Assembly: GCF_964204645.1 (NCBI RefSeq)
Contig: NC_134036.1
Span: forward strand, 2,976,001 to 3,040,000
Direction: 5' to 3'
Length of the DNA stretch: 64,000 bases
From: Tubulanus polymorphus
Taxonomy: Eukaryota; Animalia; Nemertea
The notes under the pieces were generated by a model that was not told where the DNA came from, searched no databases, and was given only the letters and a program-made list of their open reading frames with translations. Positions 63,103 through 64,000 of the stretch are shown here, in pieces. Position 1 is the stretch's first letter, and the number at the start of each line of letters is the position of its first letter. Position numbers and translations under genes: made by a program.

Positions 63103-63289
63103 CGGACGACGACGCAGAGCCCGGTTACCGAGTTTCACGGTGTATACAGAAATACGAAGATAAATGTGGCAGAGCGATTGATGGGCTCCGACTGCCGTCG
63201 CTACTGTGCAGTTCTCGTGCAATCACCGTGCAATATATACTGCCGGTGACAAACGGTTTCAGTCGAGACGATCTGTGTGTACAACAACA
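63103..63289 (+). CDS. Candidate internal exon: DDDAEPGYRVSRCIQKYEDKCGRAIDGLRLPSLLCSSRAITVQYILPVTNGFSRDDLCVQQ
   Basis: CACAG acceptor and GTGAGT donor. The only frame open throughout is the one compatible with the phase-1 exon at 59670. The polypyrimidine tract is weak. Confidence 0.35.
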
Positions 63290-64000
63290 GTGAGTGATGG
63301 TGGTTGGTAAAACGCTTTTACAGTGCCATTGCTAGTCAGTGAGTTTGTAGGAGAGTTGGGATAGGGAAGTATGGCTAAATGGAGTTAATGAAATGATTAA
63401 GAGGATGAAAGAAGATGGGAGGAGCATTCGGGGGGTTGTAATGGAGAAGGAATGGAAAATGGAGAGATGCAATGGAAAGAAGGAAAAGATTTAGCGAGGT
63501 GTTGTTGAAACGAGGGAAAATGAAGATGGGGTAAATGACGAAGAGACGTAATGGGAAAGAATGGGGAAGTAGACAAAAAGAGATTGGGCCGACAGTGGAA
63601 AGAGAAGTAAGGAGAGAAATGACCGAGAAGGGGAATGGAAGAGGTGGGGGAGATAGAGAGATAGAGGTAGAGGTGCGAGAATGTCTTGAGCGGCTTTTTC
63701 TCGGTATAGCAAATTGAAAAGTTGATTGATCACCTCGCGAGATGCCTGGTATATTAACGAGTCCTACTGTGACAGTAGGGAGTTATTCCAATATACGCTC
63801 AGAAGTTTGTAGACCAAACATTCTTCAGACACAAGGTTAACAGTTGAGGGAATTGATCGTTTTGCGCAGCCAAACAAGTGTAGTTGACTTCATGGTCCAT
63901 GAGCAATGGATGTCCGCGCGTATGTTAGAACGATGTAATAACAAGTATCCAGCGTGTTATGAGAAACCTTGATATTCTCAGCATATAACATCATCCTGGG

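Overview
Intron-rich, AT-rich animal genomic DNA, probably from an invertebrate; the species cannot be determined from the sequence. (1) About 5.5-27.3 kb: a cluster of 11 paralogous tiny secreted-peptide genes on both strands, mostly missed or mis-framed by the ORF track. Nine are complete and two are orphan terminal exons. Each has a start exon with only about 7 coding nt (ATG-ATN-N|GTAAGT), spliced in phase 1 to a terminal exon encoding a signal peptide, an (R/V)(E/Q)KR convertase site and a hypervariable 13-20 aa single-disulfide mature peptide. The cluster arose from a ~9.5-10 kb tandem segmental duplication plus a local duplication. It shows a gene-conversion tract, in-frame indels and transposon insertions, and carries an extremely AT-rich virus/Polinton-like insert with a C2H2 ORF and hairpins. 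(2) 28.3-37.7 kb, minus strand: a complete 15-exon SECIS-binding protein 2 family gene of SBP2L type (~1278 aa). (3) 38-64 kb: mostly non-coding sequence with MITEs and minisatellites, plus the probable 5' part of a plus-strand gene (signal-peptide exon at 59583-59670). All alignments and translations were done by eye.
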